A DNA stretch of 64,000 nt from Octopus sinensis (GCF_006345805.1 NC_043005.1:11222001-11286000); one strand, 5' to 3'; shown: positions 14,147 to 27,072, counted from the first letter of the stretch. Made by a program: numbers and translations. The notes: generated from the letters alone by a model not told the origin.

Positions 14147-15376
14147 CCTATGTAACCCCTATTTTTGCCATTGTTGTTGTTGTTGTTGTTACAGTTGTAG
14201 CCGTTGTCATTGATGCTGACGGTGTTATCGCTGCTGTTTGTTGTTCATAAAAATGCTGTTGATGTTTTAGCTCTTGTTGGAGTTTGGCTCCAGTCAAGCC
14301 CTGATGAAGTAGATCAACGATCAACACCATTCAGGATGTTGGTCTATTTTTTAAATGCAGGGAACTCAAAGTCACATAATCCGGTGTGGCCTTCTCTAAA
14401 ACGGAAAGGCGTTATTTGAGCGAGTTTGGCTACCTTTTAAAGTAGGTAGAATGGCCACGTAGAGGCTGCCACCTTACGTGTCAGTTTCGTCTTTACATAG
14501 GTCAATAAAATAAATGTCAGTCAAGTAGTGGAAATCAATATAATCGATTATAAGTTTAAAGGCGATGCTCTAGCGTGGCCGTAGCCTAATAGCTAAAACC
14601 ATTTTACGACTAAGATATTAAGAAATATTAGGAAATGGATAACAGATTTTTGCAAAATATCAGTTTTAATATTTTGCAAAATTTAAATTAAAAAAATCCA
14701 TTTGGCAAAACGCGCAAACACACACATACACACATGCATACATACACATATATATGTGTGTGCATGTGAATGTGTGTGTATGTGCGTGTGTATATATGCA
14801 TATATGAATATAAACATATAACAACAGATACATATACATGTACACACATATGCGCACACACACGAGTGCACACTTACACGCACGTGCACGCGCGCACACA
14901 CACACACGTGCACACATATGCGTGCGCACAGACAAACGTGCGCGCGCACACACATACACTCACATACACGTACACACATACACGCGCACACAATCATAAC
15001 GAATTATAATATTTATCAATAAAAAATCCTAAAATAGTTCACAATAGAAAATAACGCAAAACGAAAAAATAAAATCCAAAAAAACCCCCCAAAAAACAAA
15101 GGCAAAAGAAAAGAAATAAATTAAACGCCAGTAAAATTGACATAATTAAGCTAAAATATTTCTAGAATCTACAGGTCCATTAGATCGAGCATTATCCCTG
15201 TTTCTACGGCGAGTAAACGACTGCGAATGCAAGTCGCTTCTCTAAACGGGACAGAAGCCTTTCACTGGTTTACAGGAAAAAAAAAACCAAAAAAAAACCA
15301 GAAACTCACCTATGCCCACTACTTAACCACTTCTAACTCCAAGATTCCGAATATGATTCTAGAGAGTGATCTGAAC

Positions 15377-15490
15377 AATATATGGCACCCTAGGCATAAC
15401 ACCAACACGAACCTCCAACTTGTTGTCTCTTGAGGTCTCTGGGGGAGACTTGGAGCCAACTTGTACAAATGTAAAGCAAAAGTCAACATG
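15377..15490 (+). mobile_element. R4/Dong-like LINE 3' UTR fragment
   Basis: Near-identical to the 3' UTR of the minus-strand copy at 20410-20715; ends in (AAT)n. Confidence 0.8.
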
Positions 15491-15578
15491 TAATAATAAT
15501 AATAATAATAATATATTAATAATAATAATATAATAATAATAATATAATAATAATAATAATAATAATATAATAATAATG

Positions 15579-15703
<125 letters not shown>

Positions 15704-15759
15704 TAATATAATAATAATAATATCCTTAGGAATGGGAACCCAGGTTCGAAATTTCCCAA

Positions 15760-15805
15760 GACACCTGAAGAAGGCTGGAGGGTATATCAGCCGAAATGTT
15801 GCGTT
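15760..15805 (+). ncRNA. Predicted minimal type-I hammerhead ribozyme (SINE G tail)
   Basis: GACAC-CUGAAGA-A-GGCUG[loop]CAGCC-GAAAU-GUU-GCGUU; manual fold. Confidence 0.7.
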
Positions 15806-16319
15806 AACAGCAAACAAGATGAGGATAAATATCCGTCGAATGTAAATAATGTAAATAATGTACAGAATTCCTCATCTCTTCAATATAGAACTGTAGAAAC
15901 CCACCTAATTCTGACATTCCTTTTCAGCTGATTTCTTTGAACTGCAGTGAAATGAAATGCCTTGCCCAAAGGCACAACGCTCTGTCTTAGGTCGGGAATT
16001 GAAGTAACGACCTAACAATCAACACCTAAACCACTATATCACGCGTCTTCATGAAGCGGGGAGTAACTAGCATTATTAGCACTAAAGCTCCCACCAGTTA
16101 TTCGCTAGCATTTTAGCTGTGATGAGGTATGCCATTAGAATACATATCGTGTTTACAGTAGACTGGAAATGAAAGGCTATGCAACTAGGTTACCGGAAAT
16201 ATATAACACCTATCGTATATCCTTCTTAAAGTTATTCATTACGTTAGGAATTTCACTTGAGAAACGTTTAACAAAGAGCAATGAGTGCTGGAGGTACAAC
16301 TTCTGAGGGTTATAAATAA

Positions 16320-16535
16320 TGGTTTCAAAGTTTGGCACAAGGCCAGCACGTTTGGGGGAGGGTCTAAGTCGAGTACATCGACCTCCAGTATGCAACTGGT
16401 TCTTATTTTATCGATCCCGAAAGGATGAAAGGCAAAGTCGACCTCGGCGGAATTTAAACCCAGAATGTAAAGACGAACGAAATGCCGCTAAACATTCTGC
16501 CGGGTGTGCTAACGATTCTGCCAATTCGCCGCCTT
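16320..16535 (-). mobile_element. SINE family A, alternate tail
   Basis: Family A head and body; tail ggccttgtgccaaactttgaaacc. Confidence 0.85.
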
Positions 16536-16539
16536 CATA

Positions 16540-16560
16540 ATAATAATAATGATAATAATA

Positions 16561-16602
<42 letters not shown>

Positions 16603-17039
16603 CAATAATAATAATAATGACAACAATAACCCTTTCTACTGGAAGCACAGGGCCTCAAATTTGGAGGAAGGGATTAAGTGGATTACATCGACCCCGGTAC
16701 AGGACTAGTTACGTGATTTATCGACCCCGAAAGGATGAAAGACAAAGGCAGAATTTGAACCCAGAACGCGAAGACAGACGAAATACCTATTTCTTTACTA
16801 CCCACAAGGGGCAAAACACAGAAGGGACAAACAAGGACAGACAAACGGATTAGGTCGATTATATCGACACCAGTACGTAACTGGTACTTAATTTATCGAC
16901 CCCGAAAGGATGAAAGGCAAAGTTGACCTCGGCGGAATTTGAACTCGGAACGTAACGGCAGACGAAATACGGCTACGCATTTCGCCCGGCTAGCTAACGT
17001 TTCTGCCAGCTCGCCGCCTTAATAATAATAATAATAATA

Positions 17040-17087
<48 letters not shown>

Positions 17088-17503
17088 CAATAATAATAAT
17101 AATGACAACAATAACCCTTTCTACTGGAAGCACAGGGCCTCAAATTTGGAGGAAGGGATTAAGTGGATTACATCGACCCCGGTACAGGACTAGTTACGTG
17201 ATTTATCGACCCCGAAAGGATGAAAGACAAAGGCAGAATTTGAACCCAGAACGCGAAGACAGACGAAATACCTATTTCTTTACTACCCACAAGGGGCAAA
17301 ACACAGAAGGGACAAACAAGGACAGACAAACGGATTAGGTCGATTATATCGACACCAGTACGTAACTGGTACTTAATTTATCGACCCCGAAAGGATGAAA
17401 GGCAAAGTTGACCTCGGCGGAATTTGAACTCGGAACGTAACGGCAGACGAAATACGGCTACGCATTTCGCCCGGCTAGCTAACGTTTCTGCCAGCTCGCC
17501 GCC

Positions 17504-17505
<2 letters not shown>
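16540..17505. repeat. Tandem duplication, period 485 bp, each unit AAT tract plus dimeric SINE A (minus strand)
   Basis: 16630-17020 and 17115-17505 are essentially identical. Confidence 0.92.
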
Positions 17506-17563
<58 letters not shown>

Positions 17564-17587
17564 TGCGATATATTGTATCCACGAAGA

Positions 17588-17770
17588 AGGCGAGCTGGCA
17601 GAACCGTTAGCACGCCGGACAAAATGCTTAGTGGTATTTTGTCCTTGTTTACAATTTGAGCTCAAATCCCGCCGGGTCGATAAATTAAGTACCAGTTGAT
17701 CACTGGGTTCGATGTAATCGACGTCCCCTCCCTGAGACTGCTAGTCTTATGCTAAAATTTGAAACCAAGA
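17588..17770 (+). mobile_element. SINE family A, diverged
   Basis: ggcgagctggcagaaccgttagcacgccggac...gataaattaagtaccag. Confidence 0.8.
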
Positions 17771-17993
17771 TATTGTGCTAAAACCCACCCTGAAACAACG
17801 TTAGATAAAAAAAAAAGGGCAACTGAGTGCACGTGTCCAACAGGTAGCCTTTAGCTAACCTTATATATTAGATACTATTTGTAACTGTATCCACTTAAAA
17901 TGGACACAGTTACCCTTAAAATGATATATTTCACAGTTTTTCAAAGCTTCTATATTCTCATTCTCTCTCCGCCTCCTCATTCACTTCACTCTC

Positions 17994-18025
<32 letters not shown>

Positions 18026-18408
18026 CTAGCAGTATCGTCCGGCGTTGCTCGGGTTTGTAAGGGAAATAACTATATAAGCATTTTTAGAGAGTTATAGCCA
18101 AAAAGTAGCAAAAAATGCATTAAAAATGGAAAAAAAATTATGGTAAAATTTTTTTAAAATCGTTGACTCATCGTAGACATTTTTAGAGAGTTACTTCCCT
18201 TATATAATAGCGAAAAAATGCATTAAAATGGAAAAAGATGATGGTAAATTTTTTAAAAATCGTAGACTCATCGTAGATGCACGCTAATACCCAGAAGGGC
18301 TTGATATGAATCACGACTATATGATACCCGGTTTTGGTTAAACTGCACCGCAAAATGTGGGAGTAGTTAGGAATCTAAATCGTAGGAGACAGACAGCACA
18401 AAACCTCA

Positions 18409-18420
<12 letters not shown>
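18026..18420 (-). mobile_element. Non-autonomous Helitron
   Basis: Minus-strand 3' end cccgagcaacgccggacgatactgCTAG followed by T; homologous to 54421-54819; 5' end merges into (TA)n. Confidence 0.85.
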
Positions 18421-18450
<30 letters not shown>

Positions 18451-19018
18451 TGTGTGTATGTCTATGCATGTGTATATGTATGTGTAGGTAGTGGAGTCAC
18501 GTGGTTCTGTGGTTAGCGGGTTGGATTCGCAATATTAAGGTCCTGGCGTTGGTTTCTGAAATGTCGTTGGGGACGTGATGTGTCTTCGAGCAAAGTATTT
18601 CATTTCACGTTCACCAAGTCTATTCAGCTGAAGTGAATTCTATCTGAACCCGCTCTTCCCGATCTTCTTCCATCTGCCACATCCTGGCTGCTGTTCGTTT
18701 GGATCAGAGAGCGCATCTATGTCAGTTCACGATTATCTCCGTAGGCACCTAAAACAATTAGCGAAAGAAATACATGCTACCAAGTTATATCCGCTTGCTA
18801 ATGACAGCTGTATTTTTTTTATGTAAGATAAGTCGCGCGAGGACTAGTAAATTCGTCAGAAATCACCTCTCATCGCTTCAAAAAAATAATTTCATTACTT
18901 GTTGTTGTTGTTCTCCTCCTCCTCCTCCTCCTTCTGCTTCTTGTTCTTGTTCTTCTTCTCCTCCTCCTCCTCCTCCTCCTCCTTCTTCTTCTTCTTCTTC
19001 TTCTTCTTCTTCTTCTTC

Positions 19019-19053
<35 letters not shown>

Positions 19054-19074
19054 TAATAATAATAATAATTATTA

Positions 19075-19144
<70 letters not shown>

Positions 19145-19244
19145 GCTTAGAGGCATTTTGCCAGTCTTGATGCTCTGAGTTCAAATTCGGCCAAGGTTGA
19201 CTTAGCCTTTAATCCTTTCGGGATCGATAAATAAAGTTTCTCCA

Positions 19245-19680
19245 TTTCTTTTAAAGAAACGTTGTCATCTGCTGGTATTGATACATCAATTAGAAAGCAT
19301 TTTTTTCTTCATGATCTCTGACAACTATATCTGGCCTATTGGACTTAATTTCTTTATCTCTGTGTATTGGCATATCCAAGAGTATGGCTGCTGTCTCGTT
19401 TTCTGTGACCTTTTCTAGCGTGTGCTTGTACCATCTTTTTCTTTTGTTATTCCATAGTGTTGGCATTGCTTCCAGTGTATGTAGGTCCCAACTCTGTCGT
19501 GTCTGTGAATATATTTCTTCTTAGCCAGGACTGGGTAGCCAGAGATAATATAATTTATTGTTTCTTGTCCATCTCCACATATTCTTCAGTTACTTGTTAT
19601 ATTTCTTTTCATTACACGTTTTTGGTAATTTCTGGTGGGGAGGCTTTGGTCTTGTGCTGCAATTAAAAATCCCTCAGTCT
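19245..19680 (-). mobile_element. R4/Dong-like LINE fragment (CCHC knuckle and REL endonuclease)
   Basis: TEGFLIAAQDQSLPTRNY...RICGDGQETINYIISGYPVLAKKKYIHRHDRVG...NRPDIVVRDHEEKKCFLIDVSIPADDNVSLKEME. Confidence 0.88.
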
Positions 19681-19785
19681 CTTCTTCTTCTTCTTCTTCT
19701 TCTTCTTCTCCTCCTCCTCCTCCTCCTCCTCCTCCTCCTTCTTCTTCTTCTTATCCTCCTCCTCCTCCTCCTCCTCCTTCTTCTT

Positions 19786-19816
<31 letters not shown>

Positions 19817-19854
19817 TTATTATTATTATTATTATTATCATCCCCATCATCATT

Positions 19855-20275
19855 CAGTAGTCTTATTTTTATAACGTGCTTTCACTTCACTACCGAGCGC
19901 AGTTCTGTTTTTGATTTGGGTATGTGCTGTGGTTTGCTGTGATACTCTTATGGTTACTGTATTGAAATAGTTTTACGTAGGATGTGTGCAGTGCGTAGTA
20001 GTGCTATTTTCTGTATGTTATATACATTTGTAAGTCCTGGTGTTTTTGTTATGTACTTTTTGTTATGTACTGAATACCTTTTTATCATACCTAATGCGCT
20101 TATTATGATAGGAATTGTTTCTGCTTTTAGACTCCACATTCGAGTTATTTCCAGGTCTTTGTAGTTTGAAAGTTTCTCCATTTCTTTCAGAGAAAAATTG
20201 TCATCTATTGGTATTAATACATCAATTAGAAAGCATTTTTTTCTTGATGATCTCTGACAACTATATCTAGCATAT
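19855..20275 (-). mobile_element. R4/Dong-like LINE 3' end (REL domain, stop, 3' UTR)
   Basis: PDIVVRDHQEKKCFLIDV...MEKLSNYKDLEITRMWSLKAETIPIIISALGMI...QKIALLRTAHILRKTISIQ*; then UTR and (AAT)n. Confidence 0.88.
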
Positions 20276-20357
20276 TGACCATAATTTCTCTATCTGTCTT
20301 ATTATTATTTTTGTTGTTGCTGTTGTTGTTGTTGTTGTTGTGTTGTTGTTGTTGTTG

Positions 20358-20409
<52 letters not shown>

Positions 20410-20416
<7 letters not shown>

Positions 20417-20715
20417 TTATGTTTGACTTTTGCTTTAAATTTGTACAAGTTGGCTCCAAGTCTCCCCCAGAGACCTCAAGAGACAGCAAGTTGGAAGTTC
20501 ATGTTGGTGTTATGCCTAGGGTGCCATATATTTGGCTTTGTACATAGTGTTCTTCTAGAGAATGTTTAAGAAACCATAAGAAAATTATGTGCTTGTTTTA
20601 AAACTTGAGATTACATAGACAGTATTTTATGTAGGATATGGGCAGTTCCTATGAGCACTATCTGCCATTTCTCAGAAAGTCTATTTAGCTCATAGATGGG
20701 GCTCCTGATAGGTAC
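20410..20715 (-). mobile_element. R4/Dong-like LINE extreme 3' end, second family
   Basis: QIVLIGTAHILHKILSM* plus UTR ending in (AAT)n at 20360-20412. Confidence 0.82.
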
Positions 20716-20815
20716 TACGTACATAGACACATGCATACATACATACATACATACATACATACATACATACATACATACATACATACATACATACATACTT
20801 TTATATATGCACATA

Positions 20816-21000
20816 CTCTTTTACTTGTTTCAGTCATTTGACTGCGGCCATGCTGGAGCACCGCCTTTAGTCGATCAAATCGACCCCGGGACTTATTCTT
20901 TGTAAGCCCAGTACTTTTGCCGAACCGCTAAGTGACGGGGACGTAAACACACCAGCATCGGTTGTGAAGCAATGCTAGGGGGACAAACACCGACACACAA

Positions 21001-21033
<33 letters not shown>

Positions 21034-21199
21034 AATATATACGACAGGCTTCTTTCAGTTTTCGTCTACCAAATCCACTCACAAGGCACTGGTCGGCCCG
21101 GGGCTATAGCAGAAGACACTTGCCCAAGATGCCACGCAGTGGGACTGAACCCGCAACCATGTGGTTGGTTAGCAAGCTACTTACCACACAGCCACTCCT
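20816..21199 (-). mobile_element. SINE family C, full length
   Basis: Matches 37678-38054 in reverse. Confidence 0.92.
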
Positions 21200-21561
21200 G
21201 CACATATACACTTATGAATTAATAAATACATATATATATATATACATGCATGCATACACACGCTAAAGACAGTCGTGCATTAGGAAGAGAATTAAAATGA
21301 GATGGAAAGAAAGGGTAATACACGAAAAACAATAATCTCTTCAAATGTTCAATCTGTGACGGGTTTATCAATCTAAAGCTTCTCAAGGGTACTTGAACTG
21401 AAGCAAACTAAAAATGTCTACCATTTGAAAGAATATGTGCTTGCCCGAGCTTGTAAAAAATGCTCTCTTTCCATTGGTTGATTCAGAACATATCTGTATA
21501 CGACGTCAAATGCCATAAATTTACATTGCATATAAGTGAGAAGCGGCATTTACGTGGTAAT

Positions 21562-21790
21562 AGGCGGCGAGCTAGCAGAAACGTTAGCTCGCCGGGCGAA
21601 ATGCTTACCGGTATTTTGTCTGCCGCTACGTTCTGAGTTCAAATTCCGCCGAGGTAGACTTTGCCCTTCATCCTTTCGGGGTCGATAAATTAAGTACCAG
21701 TTATGCACTGGGGTCGATATAATCGACTTAATACCTATGTCTGTCCTTGTTTGTCCTCTCTGTGTTTAGCCCTTTGTGGGTAGTAAAGAA
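21562..21790 (+). mobile_element. SINE family A with 17-bp target-site duplication
   Basis: TSD ggcatttacgtggtaat at 21545-21561 and 21791-21807. Confidence 0.95.
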
Positions 21791-22431
21791 GGCATTTACG
21801 TGGTAATGGTGGTGAAAGCTGCAGACCAGCATTTGGGCTTAGAGAGTAATCTCCGCTTTATAGTTATGCAATATTGAGCCGTCTTACATAACATGCATTC
21901 CTGCACACACATACACACACACACACGCATATGCACGAGCATACACATACACACGCACATATGTATGTGTTTGAGTATGTATGCACACATATATTTAGTT
22001 ATGTACACGTTCTTAAAAATTTATTTTTTTTACCATTTTTAAAATTTTAATCATCGGACTGCAAACATGCTGACGAGTATAGACAAACAAATCCACCCTG
22101 GTACTTAGTCTATTATTCTCTTTTATTTATCTGCAGAATTACTTACAGGGACATAAACAAACCTACACCTGTTGTTAAGCGGCGCATAGAGACAAACAAA
22201 GATACAAAGGCACACACGCAACCCCATATATATACATATATACTCACACAGTATATATATATTTTTTTAAATATACATATATATACTCATATATATTTGT
22301 TTGTATATATATTCATATATGCACATAAATGTGTTTATATATGTGTATGTACATATATTTGTATATATATATATGTGTGCGTGTATATATGTATATATTT
22401 GTATATACATGTATATATTTGTGTATATAAA

Positions 22432-22481
<50 letters not shown>

Positions 22482-22536
22482 TATATATACACAAATATAT
22501 GTACATACACATATATAACACATTTATATACATATA

Positions 22537-22587
<51 letters not shown>

Positions 22588-23080
22588 TGTACAGGTGCAT
22601 ATTTATATTTATATGAGTATATGTACAGGGCAGAAACACACACAGACACACACACACACATATAAACAAATCAGTATTCTCAGAGCTACCATAATCATTT
22701 AAAGCATTTTCTTTGTCTGACGTCAGGATTACTTGTCTCCCCACGGTATACGAATTTTTCCAAATTTGCGAAGTTAACTACGAATTGTTTCCAACGTAGA
22801 CCACCACTAATTTTTTGATATTCTGGTATTTAATTATTGTCTAGAAACCCCTCGCCCACACAACCACGCGCACACATACACACAGAGCCAAACATATTTA
22901 CCACTGCAACGACATGTAAAACTATTCAATACATTACGAGTAACCGTGTGTGCAGCGTAAAGTATATGCTTCATATCGTATCTAGTCCTCTGTATATGGA
23001 AAGGTTTCGTACACCCAGCCTTGTAAAAAAGACTACAGTATATATTGGTCGCTTTCTCAGTCTTTTATTTATGGATGGAA

Positions 23081-23453
23081 GCACTCCATCGGTTACGACG
23101 ATGAGGGTTCCGGTTGATCCGACCAACGGAACAGCCTGCTCGTGAAATTAACGTGTAAGTGGCTGAGCACTCCACAGACACGTGTACCCTTAACGTAGTT
23201 CTCGGGGATATTCAGCGTGACACAGAGAGTGACAAGGCCGGTCCTTTGAAATACATGTACAACAGAAACAGGAGTAAGAGTGAGAGAAAGTTATGGTGAA
23301 AGAGTACAGCAGGGATCACCACCATCCCCTGCCGGAGCCTCGTGGAGCTTTAGGTGTTTTCGCTCAGTAAACACTCACAACGACCGGTCTGGGAATCGAA
23401 ACCGCGATCCTACGACCGCGAGTCCGCTGCCCTAACCACTGGGCCATTGCGCC
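23081..23453 (-). mobile_element. tRNA-derived SINE family D
   Basis: Reverse complement of 45110-45495. Confidence 0.92.
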
Positions 23454-23591
23454 ATCTTTTATTTATACCTCCATAGCCACTTGCAATATCGAATGAATTT
23501 GACGAACGTGTTGTTGTCGCTTTCCAACTCATCTGACAAATGGATCTCCGAATGAAACATCTTGACTATAAGCTCTCCATTCGCATCATAT

Positions 23592-23839
23592 GTGGAGGCG
23601 CGTGGCTTAGTGGTTAGGGTGTCAGCATCATGATCGTGAGATTGTGGTTTCGCTTCCTGGATCGGGCGACGCGTTGTGTTCTTGAGTAAAACACTTAATT
23701 TCACGTTGCTCCAGTCCACTCAGCTGGCAAAAATGAGTAACGTTGCGATGGACTGGCGTCCTGTCCATCAGGGGAACACATATGCCATAGAAACCGGGAA
23801 ACCGGGCCCATGAGCCTGGCTAGGCTTTGAAAGGGCGCA
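23592..23839 (+). mobile_element. tRNA-derived SINE family E
   Basis: gtggaggcgcgtggcttagtggttagggtg...gggcccatgagcctggctaggctttgaaagggcgca; homologue at 46145-46391. Confidence 0.92.
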
Positions 23840-24299
23840 TTTATTTATTTTTATTCGCGTCATATCACCTCGGTCGACTTGCTAGATTTGGAGAATTGGG
23901 GAGTGTCCATGGTCCTAACAAGATTTCATAACCCGATGAGAATGTTCCTATTTATGTTCTTCTTGAACCTTTGAAAGTCAACATCAACGGGAAAGATATG
24001 AATAGGAAAGGAATTCCTGATTATCGACAGTCTGGGAAAGCGAGACTGGACGCCGTGATTAATGTCGCACCCGAGAGTAGAGTTGGATACAGCAGAGATA
24101 ATGAGGGGAAGAGAGACATGTGGAAATGCCCGTTTGAATGTATAATGATCTCCAAGGAAGAGAGGCTATTTATAGCATAAGGAAAGATCAATAATTTTCA
24201 TGATCAACCCATTCACCAACACATATACAATCTCTCAAGCATGTACACACAAACACATGTAATCTTCCTAACACGCAAACATGTGATAGTTGGATGAGC

Positions 24300-24485
24300 C
24301 CCACTGCGCGGCGCCTTGCGCAAATGTCAACTGCTACAGCCCCGAGCCGACCAAAGCCCTGTGAGTGGATTTGGTAGGCGGAAACCGGAAGAAGCTTCTG
24401 GCTCGCGCTTGTATATACAATTATATATAAATATATGCACACACGCGCACACATGACAGGTATCTTTCCGTTGCCGTCTACCAAG
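24300..24485 (-). mobile_element. SINE family C, diverged partial copy
   Basis: ccgaccaaagccctgtgagtggatttggtaggcggaaacc. Confidence 0.7.
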
Positions 24486-24519
24486 ATCACCCATTACGAA
24501 TGTATAATATACATATATA

Positions 24520-24554
<35 letters not shown>

Positions 24555-24563
<9 letters not shown>

Positions 24564-25158
24564 TAAGAGAATGGTCACTATGTGGCTCATTCTAGCACTA
24601 GAAAATCCAAAAGGTTTCAACCACAAAAATACATGTTTCCTATGAAAGTCAGTACGATTGTTAGCTCACACGAACAGGGCAAATAAAAAATAACAAAAAT
24701 ACAGATTATTTTGGGACAATTGTTTCGCTATTAATGAATTAAATGTAATTTTACTTACAAAAAACCCACTTGTAGCTCCTCGGCCAAAACTATCTGGATG
24801 AAATCCACTCAATCACACGCCAGATTTTACCATAACGATAAATACACGTGGGTTCAATTGATTACATCCGACGTTATAATTCAAATGCCCTTACCAACAG
24901 CGCGCCAAACTTTCACGGAAACAAATACTACATTTAGAAATAAATGTAGCATACTTATAATTAATTAATAAGGGTGAGAGAATTAGATACTAATTTAATA
25001 GCATATCTATTCAACACCAAGTGGCCCAGTGCTCGAGAAACCTGGATTATTATAATATTTTATAATATATTACAATATTTTATACAAAAATAAATATAAG
25101 AGAATGGTCACTATGTGGCTCATTCTAGCACTAGAAAATCCAAAAGGTTTCAACCACA
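24555..25158 (-). mobile_element. Penelope-pLTR or retrozyme-like unit: 533-nt monomer plus 71-nt terminal direct repeat, in (TA)n
   Basis: 24555-24625 repeated at 25088-25158; contains hammerhead fold; flanked by TA tracts. Confidence 0.7.
24702..24796 (-). ncRNA. Predicted type-I hammerhead ribozyme (GUC site, U4C core variant)
   Basis: CAGAUAGUUUUGG-CCGAGGA-GCUA...UAGC-GAA-ACAAUUGU-C-CCAAAAUAAUCUG; 13-bp helix I with one mismatch and one GU pair, palindromic helix III. Confidence 0.78.
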
Positions 25159-25172
25159 TATATAATATATAT

Positions 25173-25676
25173 AAAACTTAGATAAAACTTAGATATGTTT
25201 CGACCAGAGATTGGTCCAGGCCATGTCTAACTTAATAGCACCACCTGATAGGATTATTCGAATCCTGTTTAAGTCAAGTTTTGTTCAAGTAGTGAGTTCT
25301 TGTTGGGTGAGTTGTATCCAGTTTTGTTCAAGTAGTGAGTTCTTGTTGGGTGAGTTGTATCCAGTTTTGTTCAAGTAGTGAGTTCTTGTTGGGTGAGTTG
25401 TATCCAATTATGGGTGGCTTATCTGGTATTCTTTGAAGGAATCTATCCAGACTCTGTTTGAAGTTGATGGGATCCTTTTCCTCTTTGATCTCCCTCGGGA
25501 CAATGTTAAATAGGGCAGGGCCTGTTGAGGAAAAGAAATTATGTTGCAGTGTACATGTATGTTGTGATCTTGAATTTGGCAGGGGACGTATAGCCCGTGG
25601 TCCAAGTCTCGGATGAACCTTGAAGCTAATGTTTAGGTCGTTTGGGCAAAGTTGGCGGTTATAGATTCCACATCGT
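25173..25676 (-). mobile_element. CR1/L2-like LINE 3' end with 3x43-bp internal duplication
   Basis: HNFFSSTGPALFNIVPREIKEEKDPINFKQSLDRFLQRIP..GYNSPNKNSLLEQN; 3' stem-loop gacca-atctc-tggtc and (atctaagtttt)2 tail. Confidence 0.85.
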
Positions 25677-25850
25677 ATATATATATATTATATATATATA
25701 TATAAATAAATATAAGAGAATGGTCACTATGTGGCTCATTCTAGCACTAGAAAATCCAAAAGGTTTCAACCACAAAAATACATGTTTCCTATGAAAGTCA
25801 GTACGATTGTTAGCTCACACGAACAGGGCAAATAAAAAATAACAAAAATA

Positions 25851-25945
25851 CAGATTATTTTGGGACAATTGTTTCGCTATTAATGAATTAAATGTAATTT
25901 TACTTACAAAAAACCCACTTGTAGCTCCTCGGCCAAAACTATCTG
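25851..25945 (-). ncRNA. Duplicate copy of the predicted GUC hammerhead
   Basis: Identical to 24702-24796, offset 1149. Confidence 0.76.
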
Positions 25946-26323
25946 GATGAAATCCACTCAATCACACGCCAGATTTTACCATAACGATAAATACACGTGT
26001 GGTTCAATTGATTACATCCGACGTTATAATTCAAATGCCCTTACCAACAGCGCGCCAAACTTTCACGGAAACAAATACTACATTTAGAAATAAATGTAGC
26101 ATACTTATAATTAATTAATAAGGGTGAGAGAATTAGATACTAATTTAATAGCATATCTATTCAACACCAAGTGGCCCAGTGCCTCGAGAAACCTGGATTA
26201 TTATAATATTTTATAATATATTACAATATTTTATACAAAAATAAATATAAGAGAATGGTCACTATGTGGCTCATTCTAGCACTAGAAAATCCAAAAGGTT
26301 TCAACCACATATATATATATATA

Positions 26324-26784
26324 TAAAACTTAGATAAAACTTAGATATGTTTCGACCAGAGATTGGTCCAGGCCATGTCTAACTTAATAGCACCACCTGA
26401 TAGGATTATTCGAATCCTGTTTAAGTCAAGTTTTGTTCAAGTAGTGAGTTCTTGTGGGTGAGTTGTATCCAGTTTTGTTCAAGTAGTGAGTTCTTGTTGG
26501 GTGAGTTGTATCCAATTATGGGTGGCTTATCTCTGGTATTCTTTGAAGGAATCTATCCAGACTCTGTTTGAAGTTGATGGGATCCTTTTCCTCTTTGATC
26601 TCCCTCGGGACAATGTTAAATAGGGCAGGGCCTGTTGAGGAAAAGAAATTATGTTGCAGTGTACATGTATGTTGTGATCTTGAATTTGGCAGGGGACGTA
26701 TAGCCCGTGGTCCAAGTCTCGGATGAACCTTGAAGCTAATGTTTAGGTCGTTTGGGCAAAGTTGGCGGTATAGATTCCACATCG
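26324..26784 (-). mobile_element. CR1/L2-like LINE 3' end, duplicate copy with 2x43-bp repeat
   Basis: As 25173-25676. Confidence 0.85.
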
Positions 26785-26815
<31 letters not shown>

Positions 26816-27072
26816 CTGTTGTGTCTGGGGAGAGTCATTTTCTTTTTGTGCCTTATAATTTAACACACTCACCGGTAAAATTTCCACTTATTTCTTATTT
26901 TTATTTTCCTAAAATTTTCGTTGCATCTTGCAACCTTTTCAATAGTCTTGACTCTGTCCGTTATTTACAGTTTTCCTTTTTGCTTGTTTGTGCGCATGTG
27001 TGTGGGTCAGTGTGTGTGTGTGTGCCTATGCATGCATGTACGTATGTATGTGTGTATGTATGCATGTGTATG

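Larger units (their letters stand above)
24550..26790. repeat. Tandem segmental duplication, period about 1149 bp
   Basis: 24555-25676 repeated at 25704-26784. Confidence 0.93.

Noticed and set aside
21460-21545. Promoter-like cluster (attgg, gacgtca, tataa)
   Set aside because: Short motifs expected by chance and no downstream gene found
22741-22830. Apparent 90-bp phase 1-1 exon on minus strand ([29 protein letters not shown])
   Set aside because: A-rich acceptor, no partner exons, and EKFVYRG resembles the RTE RT motif EKFxYLG, so an old LINE scrap is more likely
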